A DNA stretch of 64,000 bases, taken from Myxococcota bacterium (GTDB lineage: Bacteria > Myxococcota_A > Polyangia > Nannocystales > Nannocystaceae). The position numbers and the translations under genes were made by a program. Shown here one piece after another: positions 19,201 through 27,958 of the stretch (positions within the stretch are counted from its first letter, which is position 1; every line of letters begins with the position of its first letter). The stretch lies in assembly GCA_039028615.1 (NCBI GenBank), contig JBCCHT010000016.1, forward strand, positions 32,001 through 96,000, written 5' to 3'. Below the pieces are notes generated by a model. It saw nothing but the letters and a program-made list of their open reading frames with translations. It was not told the DNA's origin and did no database searches.

Positions 19201-20513
19201 GGGGTGAGCGGGTCTTCGACCAGGGCCATCAGCGCCGACTCGGTCGCGGCGCCCCCTTTGACCCTCGCGACGGGCACGACGGCGTCGGGCAGGGTCGGCA
19301 ACCACTTCAGCAGGGTGGGCTCATCGTCGTAGTCGGGGCAGCGGCCCGCGGCATCGAGCAGGGCCAGTGCGACGGCCGGAGCGTTCGTCGTCTGCAGGAT
19401 GCGGGCGATGAGGGCCGGGGCGGCCGGGCTCACGCTCACGGCGAGGATCGTTGCCCGCCGCGTCCATCGCTCGTCGTCGGCCGGCAGCGCTCCGAGGACC
19501 TCGACCAGCTCGTGCCGCACGATGTGGGTCACTCGGCACAGCTCTTCGCCGGTCCAGGCTCGATGCGCGTCGAACTGAGCGAGCAGGGCCTCGAGGTGAT
19601 GCGCGCGCAGGAACACGCCATGACGATGGGCCTCGAGCAAGAACGTCCGCGCTCCGGGCCCGAACGCGAGCGGCTCTTCGTTGGCGATCTCGAGGACGAA
19701 CTCGAGGTCTTCGTCGCGAGCGCGGGGCCCGAGGCGTTCGAGGACCTCGACGCGAACGGCCAAGGGGGCGTCGGGCTCGAGCAGTCGCTCCCACAGCAGC
19801 TCGCGGTGCGACGCCGAGTCCTCGGCGGCGAGCGTGCGGACGGCAGCGAGCGCCACGGGCAGCTCGGCGTCGACCAGCGCCCGCTGCAGGGCAGCCTCGC
19901 GGGCTCGGGCGACGGTGGGGCTGGGCTCCCCGAGCCAGCCTTCGGCCAGCATCCCGACGGCGATGCCGCGTAGCTCGTGGTCTTCGTCTTCGGCCAGCGC
20001 GATGAGGTGCGTCGCGGCCTCGGAGGTACTCGAGGCGAGCGACTCGACGGCGGGGCGGAGCTGCTCCAGGCCCCGCCGACGAAGCGCAGGATCCTCGGCG
20101 TGGCACAGCGCCTCGATGGCTCCTCGCGGATCGAGCACCGTGTCGAGCGACCACGCCACCATCACCTGGTGCCAGGTGGGTTCGTCGAGCAGGGGCTCGG
20201 CGACGGGGCTCCCGGCCGCGATCGCCACGCGCAGCCACTGAATGCGCATCCACGGATCGAGCGCGGCCAGATCGGTGGGCAACGTGGGCTGGTGCTCGAC
20301 GAGGGCGCTCGCGACGGCGTGCACGGCCATCGCGACCTCGGGCGACAGCGCGGCGAGATTCGTCGGCAGCGCCTGCGCGAGCGCTCGCAGCTGCTCGGGA
20401 TCGTCGAGGGACGACAGCCGCTCACGGAGTGCGTCGAGCTGCTCGAGTGCGTCGATCGGATCGGCGGAGGGCAGGCCCTGCAGCAATGCGACATCGGCGG
20501 AAGGGCGGGCCAT
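16278..20513 (-). CDS. large HEAT-repeat protein (about 1410 aa)
   Basis: Repeated L..L.D....VR..A..AL helical units throughout. Confidence 0.8.
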   Translation of the reverse strand: MARPSADVALLQGLPSADPIDALEQLDALRERLSSLDDPEQLRALAQALPTNLAALSPEVAMAVHAVASALVEHQPTLPTDLAALDPWMRIQWLRVAIAAGSPVAEPLLDEPTWHQVMVAWSLDTVLDPRGAIEALCHAEDPALRRRGLEQLRPAVESLASSTSEAATHLIALAEDEDHELRGIAVGMLAEGWLGEPSPTVARAREAALQRALVDAELPVALAAVRTLAAEDSASHRELLWERLLEPDAPLAVRVEVLERLGPRARDEDLEFVLEIANEEPLAFGPGARTFLLEAHRHGVFLRAHHLEALLAQFDAHRAWTGEELCRVTHIVRHELVEVLGALPADDERWTRRATILAVSVSPAAPALIARILQTTNAPAVALALLDAAGRCPDYDDEPTLLKWLPTLPDAVVPVARVKGGAATESALMALVEDPLTPPRLRTRILPALWALTRERPTLPQRLSTALGPHDSGLLGRTFLQRRDATVAQLVAEPPWESSDAHRLDRLKRLELLIESGDDRFADRIEALFREQFREYVGKALAGDFSIKRLAMPELEQMIFRYGRYLVADGRHVRPFIDDTPETGRDLVLRMVCGWLAEEPTPPIMVALLETLGRHDPSSTVLRTIIPLWRHGHREVRRAAIETILAAGERARGLELSLCRLVQSDEPRIVTQALAAVASLNAQWAEPMVLAALSHPQMIVKKEAAQALSRIASARAVPTLVGWLAHHDNPGLRQGLVGALVRAAGPSLVAVIVGAIERQTEARRIGLLCQVLEGRLPMAAALRLARSSQPIHADLLERCLTGRLRLADGDPTTLARRLHRASLRPTPPERDEPGQRLRIEGFSAEAARQLVEERNDDNEAEIREVVRAGLADWITWLKHEDPVPADAFAVVLDAADPVSIEHGDALLDLLERAMAPSSGAAAKFIEHHLALGSVAAHRRLRSARVLRALEPSPDFGGRRRWELLGRLGAIRGGEDLWQCLEHCRVRPAASDEIAALLRRTLQIPAEREREATALTELREQSLEFHTWTSERRRSWLAATLESRPLHLPPNDELEPTPPRRPTLPSADRQRELLAMLDSDVSAERDRAAAQLLNWPDATDARPRIFDAYLRGRITLSSPHRTELAPSLAAWPADKGARERAAALVAHVPPHRLRTLVSAWIEAWDAGDADVEPLLRRYGQDLLPPLARRRARHGDPRLLGLLHSSAALPTRALIEEFEERYPDEVARLRTQPSPEELTTDEGDPDDPLAGRDLDGLVALIGEKGVAKGLAVRAVHALTEYGERAIARLDPLVTDRRPPVRSAALRALRKVAPREVTLPATARALAMESRKDVIGQLMKSLGHGKYEPALVTMLEYLEHRELAIRNTAHEAIVAYGPDIVPTLRRLGRRARPDRRRTIEALATELETGPGSET

Positions 20514-20641
20514 CACGCCGCACGGTAGCAGACGCCGTCTTCGCGCTGGCCATGGCGCCCCAGCAATGGGACCCTCGGCCAACGCGTCGTGCTGCCAATG
20601 AACCTGAAGATCGTCGACTGCATGGAGCCGGGAGAGCATCG

Positions 20642-21091
20642 ATGGGCCGACTGAAGATCGTGGCGCTCGTGTTCGTGGTGCTCTACTGCGTGGCGTGGGC
20701 GGTCTTGTCGACGGTGGAGCCCTGGGCCCCGACGGGGGAGACGAACGTGAAGCCTCCCGCTCGCATCAGCGACGAGGGTCGAGCGTTGCTCGGCGGCCTC
20801 GCCGTGGGCGAGAAAATCACGGGCTGGACGGTGCGCAGACTCGATGGCCCGCGCGACAGCCAGCTGCGGGTCGACGTGGAGCGGGACGGGGTCGCGTTTG
20901 CCTTGATGGTCGCGCTCGAGGGGCGACTGCCGCAGACCCCTTTGGTGCGGACGAAGAACTACGTCGTGTTCTACGGGCACCCCGAGCCGAAGGACACCGT
21001 GCTCCCCGAGGGCACGATCCGCGCGACCACCAACGCGTTGGCGCGACGGATCCGCGAGCACGAGGCGGACGTCGAAGTCCCGGGCCTTTGA
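20642..21091 (+). CDS. hypothetical exported or membrane-anchored protein
   Basis: N-terminal hydrophobic helix; domain resembles 21110-21616. Confidence 0.7.
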   Translation: MGRLKIVALVFVVLYCVAWAVLSTVEPWAPTGETNVKPPARISDEGRALLGGLAVGEKITGWTVRRLDGPRDSQLRVDVERDGVAFALMVALEGRLPQTPLVRTKNYVVFYGHPEPKDTVLPEGTIRATTNALARRIREHEADVEVPGL

Positions 21092-21109
21092 GGCCCTCGG
21101 GGCTCGAGT

Positions 21110-21616
21110 TCAGCTCAGCGAGACGGCGTAAGCCCCGGTCGGGTGCTGCTGCCGTCGCTGCCGATGGGTGAGCAGGCCGCGAGGTACCGGTTGGCGGGCG
21201 AGGGCAGCAGCCAGGACCATGGCGCCCAGCCCTTGCTCTTCATCGGTCGCACGCTCGCCCTGCGGGCCGTGACCCGACTGCGAGTTCATGACGAAGAGGC
21301 TGAAGTCCTCGGTCTGCGCCACCCCTTGGGGGCCGCCCGGGTCGCGTGCGAGCACGTCGACTTGATAGCGCTGACCGGCATCGGTCGACAGGACGACCGG
21401 GACGGCGCCGAGATGGGGGGGATGAACGCGAACGACCGTCCAGCGATCGAGGCGTTGCCCGACCAAGGACGCAAACGCCGACGGAGCGGCCTCGGGGCCT
21501 CGGGCTGCCCACCAGCGGCGAGCCGCCCAACCCATCGCCAGCAGGGCCGCGGGGGCCGCGAGCAACCAGTGGCGTCGTCGCATTCCGGGGCTGTGCTTGG
21601 CGTTCGTTTTCGTCAT
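21110..21616 (-). CDS. hypothetical protein with Tat-like signal
   Basis: MRRRHWLLAAPAALLA twin-arginine-like N-terminus. Confidence 0.7.
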   Translation of the reverse strand: MTKTNAKHSPGMRRRHWLLAAPAALLAMGWAARRWWAARGPEAAPSAFASLVGQRLDRWTVVRVHPPHLGAVPVVLSTDAGQRYQVDVLARDPGGPQGVAQTEDFSLFVMNSQSGHGPQGERATDEEQGLGAMVLAAALARQPVPRGLLTHRQRRQQHPTGAYAVSLS

Positions 21617-21704
21617 CGATCCCTGGGATCACCGTATCTGGCGGCGCCTGGCGAGGTCAAGCAACCGGTGTCGCCAGCAGCGCCGCCGTGAGAGGATTGT
21701 GTCC

Positions 21705-22469
21705 ATGGTCTCGCTTCGCAGCTCCTCTCGTCCGCTCGTCGCATTGTTGGCATTCGTCGGACTGGGGGCATGTGGCGACGATTCCGGGGTGGGTACGTCC
21801 ACCGCCGACACCACGTCCACCGGGACCACCGCGGGTACGACCCTCGCGGACACGACGGAAGGACCCGGCGCCACGGGGGTGCAGACCGGGGCGCAGACCG
21901 ACGGCGGCTCGAGCACCACGGTCGTCGTCGACGGCACCGCGGGCACGACGTCCTCGCCGGGAACGAGCGGCAGCACGGGCATGCCCGGTACGAGCGGAAG
22001 CACGGGTATGCCGGGCACGACCGGAGGTATGGACACCGCGGGGGTGTCCTCCGGCTCGACCGGCGCCGGGCTCTCGACGTCGAGCGGGGGCACGAGCTCC
22101 GGAGGGTTCACGACGGGAGGCTCGAGCAGCAGCACGGGCGGCGGGGGCTCGTGTGGCAACGGCGGCATCGATGCGGGCGAGCAGTGCGACGGCCTCGACC
22201 TGCAGGGCTTCGACTGCGCATCGCTGGGCCTCGGCATGGGGATCCTCGCCTGCGATCCGGCCACCTGCACCTTCGACGTGACCGGCTGCATGGCGGTCGC
22301 CGCGTGTGGCGACGGGGTCGTCGATCCGGGCGAGCAGTGCGACGGCGCCAACCTTCAGGGCTTCAACTGCGGATCGCTGGGCTTCACGGGCGGCGTCTTG
22401 GCCTGCGATCCGATCACGTGCACCTTCGATACGTCGATGTGCACGAACATCGGGGGAACGGGAGGTTGA
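21705..22469 (+). CDS. lipoprotein with two myxobacterial Cys-rich repeats
   Basis: Lipobox LGAC; T/G/S linker; two copies of CG(N/D)GxxDxGEQCDG...C...LACDPxTCTFD. Confidence 0.85.
   Translation: MVSLRSSSRPLVALLAFVGLGACGDDSGVGTSTADTTSTGTTAGTTLADTTEGPGATGVQTGAQTDGGSSTTVVVDGTAGTTSSPGTSGSTGMPGTSGSTGMPGTTGGMDTAGVSSGSTGAGLSTSSGGTSSGGFTTGGSSSSTGGGGSCGNGGIDAGEQCDGLDLQGFDCASLGLGMGILACDPATCTFDVTGCMAVAACGDGVVDPGEQCDGANLQGFNCGSLGFTGGVLACDPITCTFDTSMCTNIGGTGG
21957..22020 (+). repeat. 27-bp coding tandem repeat (PGTSGSTGM, about 2.4 copies)
   Basis: ccgggaacgagcggcagcacgggcatg / cccggtacgagcggaagcacgggtatg / ccgggcacga. Confidence 0.7.
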
Positions 22470-22499
22470 TGCCCCGTACCCGCGAGCGGGTACGAGGCA
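22470..22499 (+). terminator. hairpin immediately after stop codon
   Basis: TGCC-C-CGTACCCG-cgag-CGGGTACG-A-GGCA. Confidence 0.55.
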
Positions 22500-22586
22500 C
22501 AACCGAGAAGGACGAAGAGCGGTCGAACTACGGACGGGTGGGGCACCTCCAGGTTCGGGTGACAGGGGAATGGGACATGATTCGTC

Positions 22587-23192
22587 TCAGGCCTCGTCGC
22601 TGATGACGTAGCGAAGCTCGATGGGCGTGCCCAGTCGATCGACGGTGAGGGTGAAGTCGTCGGCCGTGTGCAGCCGCGCCAAGATGCGGTCAGGGTGCGG
22701 TGGATCGGCGAGCGAAATCCCGTCGACGGCGGTGATCGTGTCGCTCACGCGCAACCCGAGCAGGTCGGCGACACACCCCGGATACATGCCGAAGACCCTG
22801 AACCCGATCGGTTCTCCGTGGCGCCGGCTGGGCACGAGGCGCATGTGTTCGCGGCGGAACTCCGACTCGGTGAGCAGTCGACGGAGAAACACCCGAGAGA
22901 TCGAGCAGCCCGCGTCGGTGCAGACCACCGCGCCTTTGGCCTCGGGCGCGCGCGTCTTGGTGGGCGCGGCCTCGGGGCGAGGGGTGGGGAGACCCCGGAT
23001 CGGGTTCGAGTGCACGTGCACGTGCACGACCGGTGCGGGGGGAGCAGGGACTTGCACGATGTGCACGACGGGTGCGTCTTGGGCCTGCGAAAACCACACG
23101 ATGTGGGCCGTCGCTCCGACCACCAGCCCGGTCAGCCAAGGGAGAGTGCGTAGCCAGCGAGGCACAGGCTTGGACGTGGACGAAGGCACCAT
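22587..23192 (-). CDS. membrane-anchored GspC-like PDZ-domain protein
   Basis: One TM helix; GFRVFGMYPG...LLGLRVSDTITAVDG...LTVDRLG resembles the GspC C-terminal PDZ domain. Confidence 0.7.
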   Translation of the reverse strand: MVPSSTSKPVPRWLRTLPWLTGLVVGATAHIVWFSQAQDAPVVHIVQVPAPPAPVVHVHVHSNPIRGLPTPRPEAAPTKTRAPEAKGAVVCTDAGCSISRVFLRRLLTESEFRREHMRLVPSRRHGEPIGFRVFGMYPGCVADLLGLRVSDTITAVDGISLADPPHPDRILARLHTADDFTLTVDRLGTPIELRYVISDEA

Positions 23193-23204
23193 GCCTCCCT
23201 GAAG

Positions 23205-23220
23205 AGCAACTGCCGTGCCA
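23205..23220 (-). promoter_or_regulatory. sigma-54 (-24/-12) promoter
   Basis: Minus strand TGGCACG-GCAG-TTGCT matches the consensus TGGCACG-N4-TTGC(A/T), just upstream of ATG 23192. Confidence 0.75.
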
Positions 23221-23442
23221 ACCTGCCCGACCACGCAAGGTCGCGGAGTCACGCCTCGCGGCGTGGTGCCTCCGTGCCAAAGTGTCGCCCGGGTGGGGGA
23301 ACCGGTTGTCTCGGCGTCACGATGCTCGGTGGTGCGCGGTCATCCCTTGGTGTGGGACTCGTCGTACATGCTCGAATTCTCCCGAAATCGGCCTCTGTGG
23401 ACTTTTTTTGATCATGCAGGGGTCGCGGCGCACTGAACCGAG

Positions 23443-26436
23443 GTGGATGAGCCGACCCTGTTCGACACGCTCCTGGACAGGGTGCACGCCCTGAACGACG
23501 CTGATCGGGTGGACTCGGACGACCGCGACGCGCTGGCGGACCTGCCGTGGGACCAAGTCCGCGAGTCCGACCGAGAAGGGCTGTCGGACATCGAGGCCCG
23601 CAACCGGATCCGGGCTCGGCTGCTGGGAGACGCCACGCCCGAGCTGCGCGTGGGTCGTTTTCGGATCCTCCGTACGCTGGGGCGGGGGGCGATGGGCTCG
23701 GTGCATGCCGCGTTCGACGACGAGCTGCAGCGGGAGATCGCGATCAAGGTCTTGCACCCGGACATCTGCGCCGACGAGGCGGCGCAGCACCGCCTGATCC
23801 GGGAGGCGCAGGCCCAAGCCGGCTTGTCTCATCCCCACCTCGTGCCCGTGTTCGAGGTCGGCCACCACCAGGGGCGCATCTATCTCGCGATGGAGCGCGT
23901 CGACGGGACGACCATGACCCAGTGGCTCGAGACCACCCGCCCGCCCGCGCGTCGGATCCTGGCCCAGTGGCTCGACGTGGCCCGGGCACTGGTGGTCGTG
24001 CATCGCGAAGGGCTGGTGCACCGCGACATCAAGCCGGACAACGTGCTGGTGGGGAACGACCAGCGCGTGCGCCTGGTCGACTTCGGGTTGGCGCGGGGCC
24101 AGAACGCGAGCACGGACCTCAAGCAGATCACCGATCACGGCCGCGAGCTCGACACCGACTCGGGGCGCACCCGGCTCGAGGAAATGGTGACGCAGTCCCA
24201 TGCGTTGGTCGGTACACCCGTGTACATGGCGCCCGAGGTGCTGCGGGGAGAGCCCGCGAGCCCCCATGGCGATCAGTACAGCCTGTGTGTGTCGATCTAC
24301 GAGTCGCTGGTCGGCCGACGCCCCTTCGATGGGCGGCCTCGATTCCTCGAGGAGGGAGCGGTGGAGCGAGCGTCCTTGTCGCGGGAGGTCTACGCCGTGC
24401 TCAGCCGTGGGCTGGCCTACGAGCCCCAGCGTCGCTTCCCCAGCACGGCCGCCTTGGTCGCCGCGCTCGAGCCGATCGTCCAGCGCCGACGGCAGCGGCG
24501 GACGATGGCCGCGGTCGGGGTCATCGGGGCGTTGGCCGTGGGTGGGTTGACCGTCGACATGCTGCGGGCCGAGTCGCCGACGCCGAGCAAGCCCTGCGTG
24601 GACGTCGACGTGTCGGTGGGGTCGGTGTGGAACGACGAGCGCCGAGACGCTCTGCGCGACGCGTTCGCCGACACGAGCTTGCCTTACGCGGCCCCGGCCG
24701 GCGCCTGGCTCGAACGAAGTCTCGACGAGTCCACCCGACGCTGGAGCGCGGCTCGGCTCGAGGTCTGCGAAGCGCGGGAGATCGATCATTCGCTATCTAC
24801 CGAGGCGTCGACGCGGGCAGTCACGTGTCTCGAGCAGCAACGCGAGACGCTCGACGGCTGGATCGCCACCGTGATCGAGCTTCCACCCGATCGGGTGGCG
24901 GACGCGATGGCCTCGTTGGGGACGCTCCCGGTGCCGGCGGAGTGCTTGCGGCGGGCACGGACCGAGGCGCCCGTCGAGCCCCCTCCCGAGGCGCTCCGGG
25001 CCCGGGTCGAGCAGCTGGCCAGGCAGCTGCGACGGACCCACCTGCAGGCCACGATCGAGGGCCCTCGCGGTCACCTAGAGGTGCTGCGACAGCATCACGC
25101 AGACGCGGTGGCGCTGGGCTACCGCCCGTTGGTCGCGGAAGCCTCGATGAGGCTCGGCCTGAGTCTGCGGAGCGCGGAGGATCCCGAAGCGCGCGACGTC
25201 CTCGAGCGAGCGGCCAACGATGCGGAGCGAGTCGGAGACCTGGGCGTTCGCGAGCTGGCCCTGCACGGATTGCTCGCGAACGCACTGGGCACGGACGCCG
25301 ATGCAGGAGAAGCTCGCCGCGCGCTGGATCGGGTCTGGGCGGTCTTGGGGCGCATGCAAGAGCCTCCCGATCGCATGGTTCGCGCCCTGGAAAAGCGCGC
25401 GCTGCTGTCGACCATGGAAGGCGACTACGCGGGGGCGGAGCAGGACCTTCGCTCGGTGATCGAGCTGGCGGCCGAGCTCGGACCCGCCCACATCGCCAAG
25501 GAGGTCATCGCGCTGCACTACCTCGGTTCGTTGTTGGCGGGGCGCGGCCGGACGACCGAGGCCACCGAGGCCTTTGCTCGCGCCGACGAGCGCGCGACGG
25601 CGATGGGGGTCCCCACCCTGGTCACGCTTCGCGGTGCATTGCTTCCCGGGCGCGGCGCCTTGCTGCAAGGGCTCGCGATGCTGGACGCCGGTAAGCTCGA
25701 CGAGGCGACGCGGATGCTCGAGGTCGCGGGGGAGCAGAGTCGGCAGGCGTTCGGAGCCGACAGCGTCCCCATGGCGCGCGTGCACATGGCTCAGGCCAAG
25801 GCCGCGATGACCCGGGGAAAGATCGACGACGTCCTGGCCCATGCCCAGGCGGCGGACGAGAAGATCCGTCGGTGGCTGGGCGACGACAATGCACTTCGAA
25901 TCGACCCGCTCTCGGCGGTGGGTACGGTGGCGTTTTATCAGGGGGACGTGGCGGCCTCGGTTGCTGCCTTCGAGGAGGCGGTTCGCCTGGCCGAGGCGTC
26001 GCTGCCCCACACCGGGCTATTGGTGGCGAGGCACCGCAGCAACCTCGGGGAGGCGTTGGTCTTGGCCGGGGACGACTCGCGGGCGGAGGCCCTGCTCCGG
26101 GCCGCCCTCGAGTCGATGGAAGGCCAGCTCGATGCTCACGACCCGCAGATCGCTTTGCCGGCGCAGGGCCTGGCCGAGATCGCGTGGCGAGCGAAGAACC
26201 TCGAGCAGGCGGCACGCTACGCTCAGCGGGCGCTCGAGATCCGAGAGCACCACGACAACGATCCGCCCGAGCTGGCTCGTACGCGGTGGTTGCTGGCGCG
26301 AATCGAAGACGCACGGGGCAACGGCGCGCGCGCGAAAGGGCTCGCCGAGCAGGCACGGCAGGCCTTCGAATCCCTGGGACCCGCGTTTGCCGAGCAGGTG
26401 CAGGAGATCGAGCGGCATCCGTGGAACGGGGATTGA
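23443..26436 (+). CDS. Hanks-type Ser/Thr kinase with TM, Cys-containing helical region and TPRs
   Basis: GRGAMGSV, IAIK, HRDIKPDN, DFG, GTPVYMAPE. Confidence 0.95.
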   Translation: MDEPTLFDTLLDRVHALNDADRVDSDDRDALADLPWDQVRESDREGLSDIEARNRIRARLLGDATPELRVGRFRILRTLGRGAMGSVHAAFDDELQREIAIKVLHPDICADEAAQHRLIREAQAQAGLSHPHLVPVFEVGHHQGRIYLAMERVDGTTMTQWLETTRPPARRILAQWLDVARALVVVHREGLVHRDIKPDNVLVGNDQRVRLVDFGLARGQNASTDLKQITDHGRELDTDSGRTRLEEMVTQSHALVGTPVYMAPEVLRGEPASPHGDQYSLCVSIYESLVGRRPFDGRPRFLEEGAVERASLSREVYAVLSRGLAYEPQRRFPSTAALVAALEPIVQRRRQRRTMAAVGVIGALAVGGLTVDMLRAESPTPSKPCVDVDVSVGSVWNDERRDALRDAFADTSLPYAAPAGAWLERSLDESTRRWSAARLEVCEAREIDHSLSTEASTRAVTCLEQQRETLDGWIATVIELPPDRVADAMASLGTLPVPAECLRRARTEAPVEPPPEALRARVEQLARQLRRTHLQATIEGPRGHLEVLRQHHADAVALGYRPLVAEASMRLGLSLRSAEDPEARDVLERAANDAERVGDLGVRELALHGLLANALGTDADAGEARRALDRVWAVLGRMQEPPDRMVRALEKRALLSTMEGDYAGAEQDLRSVIELAAELGPAHIAKEVIALHYLGSLLAGRGRTTEATEAFARADERATAMGVPTLVTLRGALLPGRGALLQGLAMLDAGKLDEATRMLEVAGEQSRQAFGADSVPMARVHMAQAKAAMTRGKIDDVLAHAQAADEKIRRWLGDDNALRIDPLSAVGTVAFYQGDVAASVAAFEEAVRLAEASLPHTGLLVARHRSNLGEALVLAGDDSRAEALLRAALESMEGQLDAHDPQIALPAQGLAEIAWRAKNLEQAARYAQRALEIREHHDNDPPELARTRWLLARIEDARGNGARAKGLAEQARQAFESLGPAFAEQVQEIERHPWNGD

Positions 26437-26456
26437 CCGCGGGTATACTCGTCCGG

Positions 26457-27065
26457 GTGCGGGAGGACACCGAGCTCCTTGCGGCGTGGCGTGGTGGCGA
26501 CCGGGCGGCAGGCGGTGAGCTCTTCGACCGGCACTACCCGTCGATCCGTCGGTTCTTCCGCTCCAAGGTCGGCGACGACTACGAGGAACTCGTCCAGACG
26601 ACCTTCAGCCGCTGCGTCGAGGGGCAGCACCGGTTTCGTGGCGACGGTAAGTTTCGTAGCTACCTGTTTTCGATCGCGGCGAACCTGCTGCGCGAACACT
26701 TGCGTCGGGCGTATAGCGGTCCGAGCTTCGATGCCGAGCAGTCCTCCATCGCGGACCTGAAGCTGCCCGGGCCGTCGACCGCCGTCGGGGCGCGGCGGGA
26801 GTACAAGATCTTGCTCGAGGCGCTGCGGCGCTTGCCGGTCAACGATCAGATCGTGCTCGAGCTGTTTTATTGGGAGCAGATGACGTCCAGCGCGATCGCG
26901 GCGGTCCTCGACGTGCCTCACGGCACGGCCCGCAGCCGCCTACGCATTGCGAAGGAGCGACTGCGGGGCCACGTCGACGAGCTGGCTCGGACCCCTCGCG
27001 AGCTCGAGTCGACAGTGGGAGGGCTCGAGCGGTGGGCGGCCGGGCTGCGCGATCAGTTGCAGTGA
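26457..27065 (+). CDS. ECF sigma factor next to a kinase gene, with no anti-sigma gene
   Basis: DTELLAAWRGGD, YEELVQTTF, FRSYLFSIA, IAAVLDVPHGTARSRL; starts 20 nt after the kinase gene. Confidence 0.9.
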   Translation: MREDTELLAAWRGGDRAAGGELFDRHYPSIRRFFRSKVGDDYEELVQTTFSRCVEGQHRFRGDGKFRSYLFSIAANLLREHLRRAYSGPSFDAEQSSIADLKLPGPSTAVGARREYKILLEALRRLPVNDQIVLELFYWEQMTSSAIAAVLDVPHGTARSRLRIAKERLRGHVDELARTPRELESTVGGLERWAAGLRDQLQ

Positions 27066-27086
27066 CGGCGGCCGAGCGCCAGCGTG

Positions 27087-27611
27087 TCAGTCGTCGTCGG
27101 CTGAACCGCCGCAGACGCCCGTCTGCACGCTGATGGTGGGGTCGGCACAGGTCCAACAGCCGGAGTCGTTCTTGTAGTAGACGTAGAAGGTCGCCCTGCT
27201 TCCGCTCGCGGAGCTGAGGTCGTTCTGGCAGCTGCTGTCCGACTTGAACTTCACGTCGTTGGCGCTGGTGAAGGTGAAATCCGCGGAGCTGGTGCTCGTC
27301 TGGACGCAGCAACCGTCGGTGCAGGTCACCCCTTTGCCGCTGCTCTTCGGGGTGGCGGTGACGGTGGGCGCACTGCTGCATCCGCTACTGCAGGACGTCG
27401 TGGTCAACGTCACCTTGTCGTTGTTGGTCTGTTCTCCATCGGCCAGCTCGACCGCGGCCTTGTTGGCGTCGGCCTTGTTGGCGGCGGCCTTGTTGGCGTC
27501 GGCCTTGTCGTCTTCCGTCTTGGCGGGGGCGGCCTTTTTGGCTTCGGACGAGTCGCATGCGGAGAGCATGAGGGCGAGGGGCAGGGCGGCGATGAGTCTG
27601 AGGGAGTGCAT
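27087..27611 (-). CDS. small Cys-rich lipoprotein
   Basis: Lipobox LSAC; KADANKAAAN repeats; Cys-rich beta domain. Confidence 0.8.
   Translation of the reverse strand: MHSLRLIAALPLALMLSACDSSEAKKAAPAKTEDDKADANKAAANKADANKAAVELADGEQTNNDKVTLTTTSCSSGCSSAPTVTATPKSSGKGVTCTDGCCVQTSTSSADFTFTSANDVKFKSDSSCQNDLSSASGSRATFYVYYKNDSGCWTCADPTISVQTGVCGGSADDD
27455..27508 (-). repeat. 15-bp coding tandem repeat (about 3.6 copies)
   Basis: cggccttgttggcg(t/g) units on the + strand, encoding KA(D/A)AN on the - strand. Confidence 0.8.
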
Positions 27612-27958
27612 CGGTCGTGGCCTTTGGGTCTGAGGAGGGGAGACAGAGCTCGGATTCGGCGCCCGTCTCATGCCCTGTCCGTCGGTTCTCGCCGATCATT
27701 GATCATCGAAAGATGAAGAAATTTCTGTAGGGCGAGACCCGATGGGGTGCCGAAGTCTTCGAGCTGCTTCAGCCTCGTCGAGGACGAACTCGAGCTGCCC
27801 CCTCGCCCATCAGGGCCGGTGACCGGGTCGGGCTGCCGCGCGATCCCGCGAGGGCCCTCGAGCCCCTCGGGTGAACGCGTCCTGGCGGCGGGCGGGCGGC
27901 AACGCAGTTTAGTGGCGGCTCGGGGGCGCCTTTGCGCGGACGGTCTGACTTGAGATGA

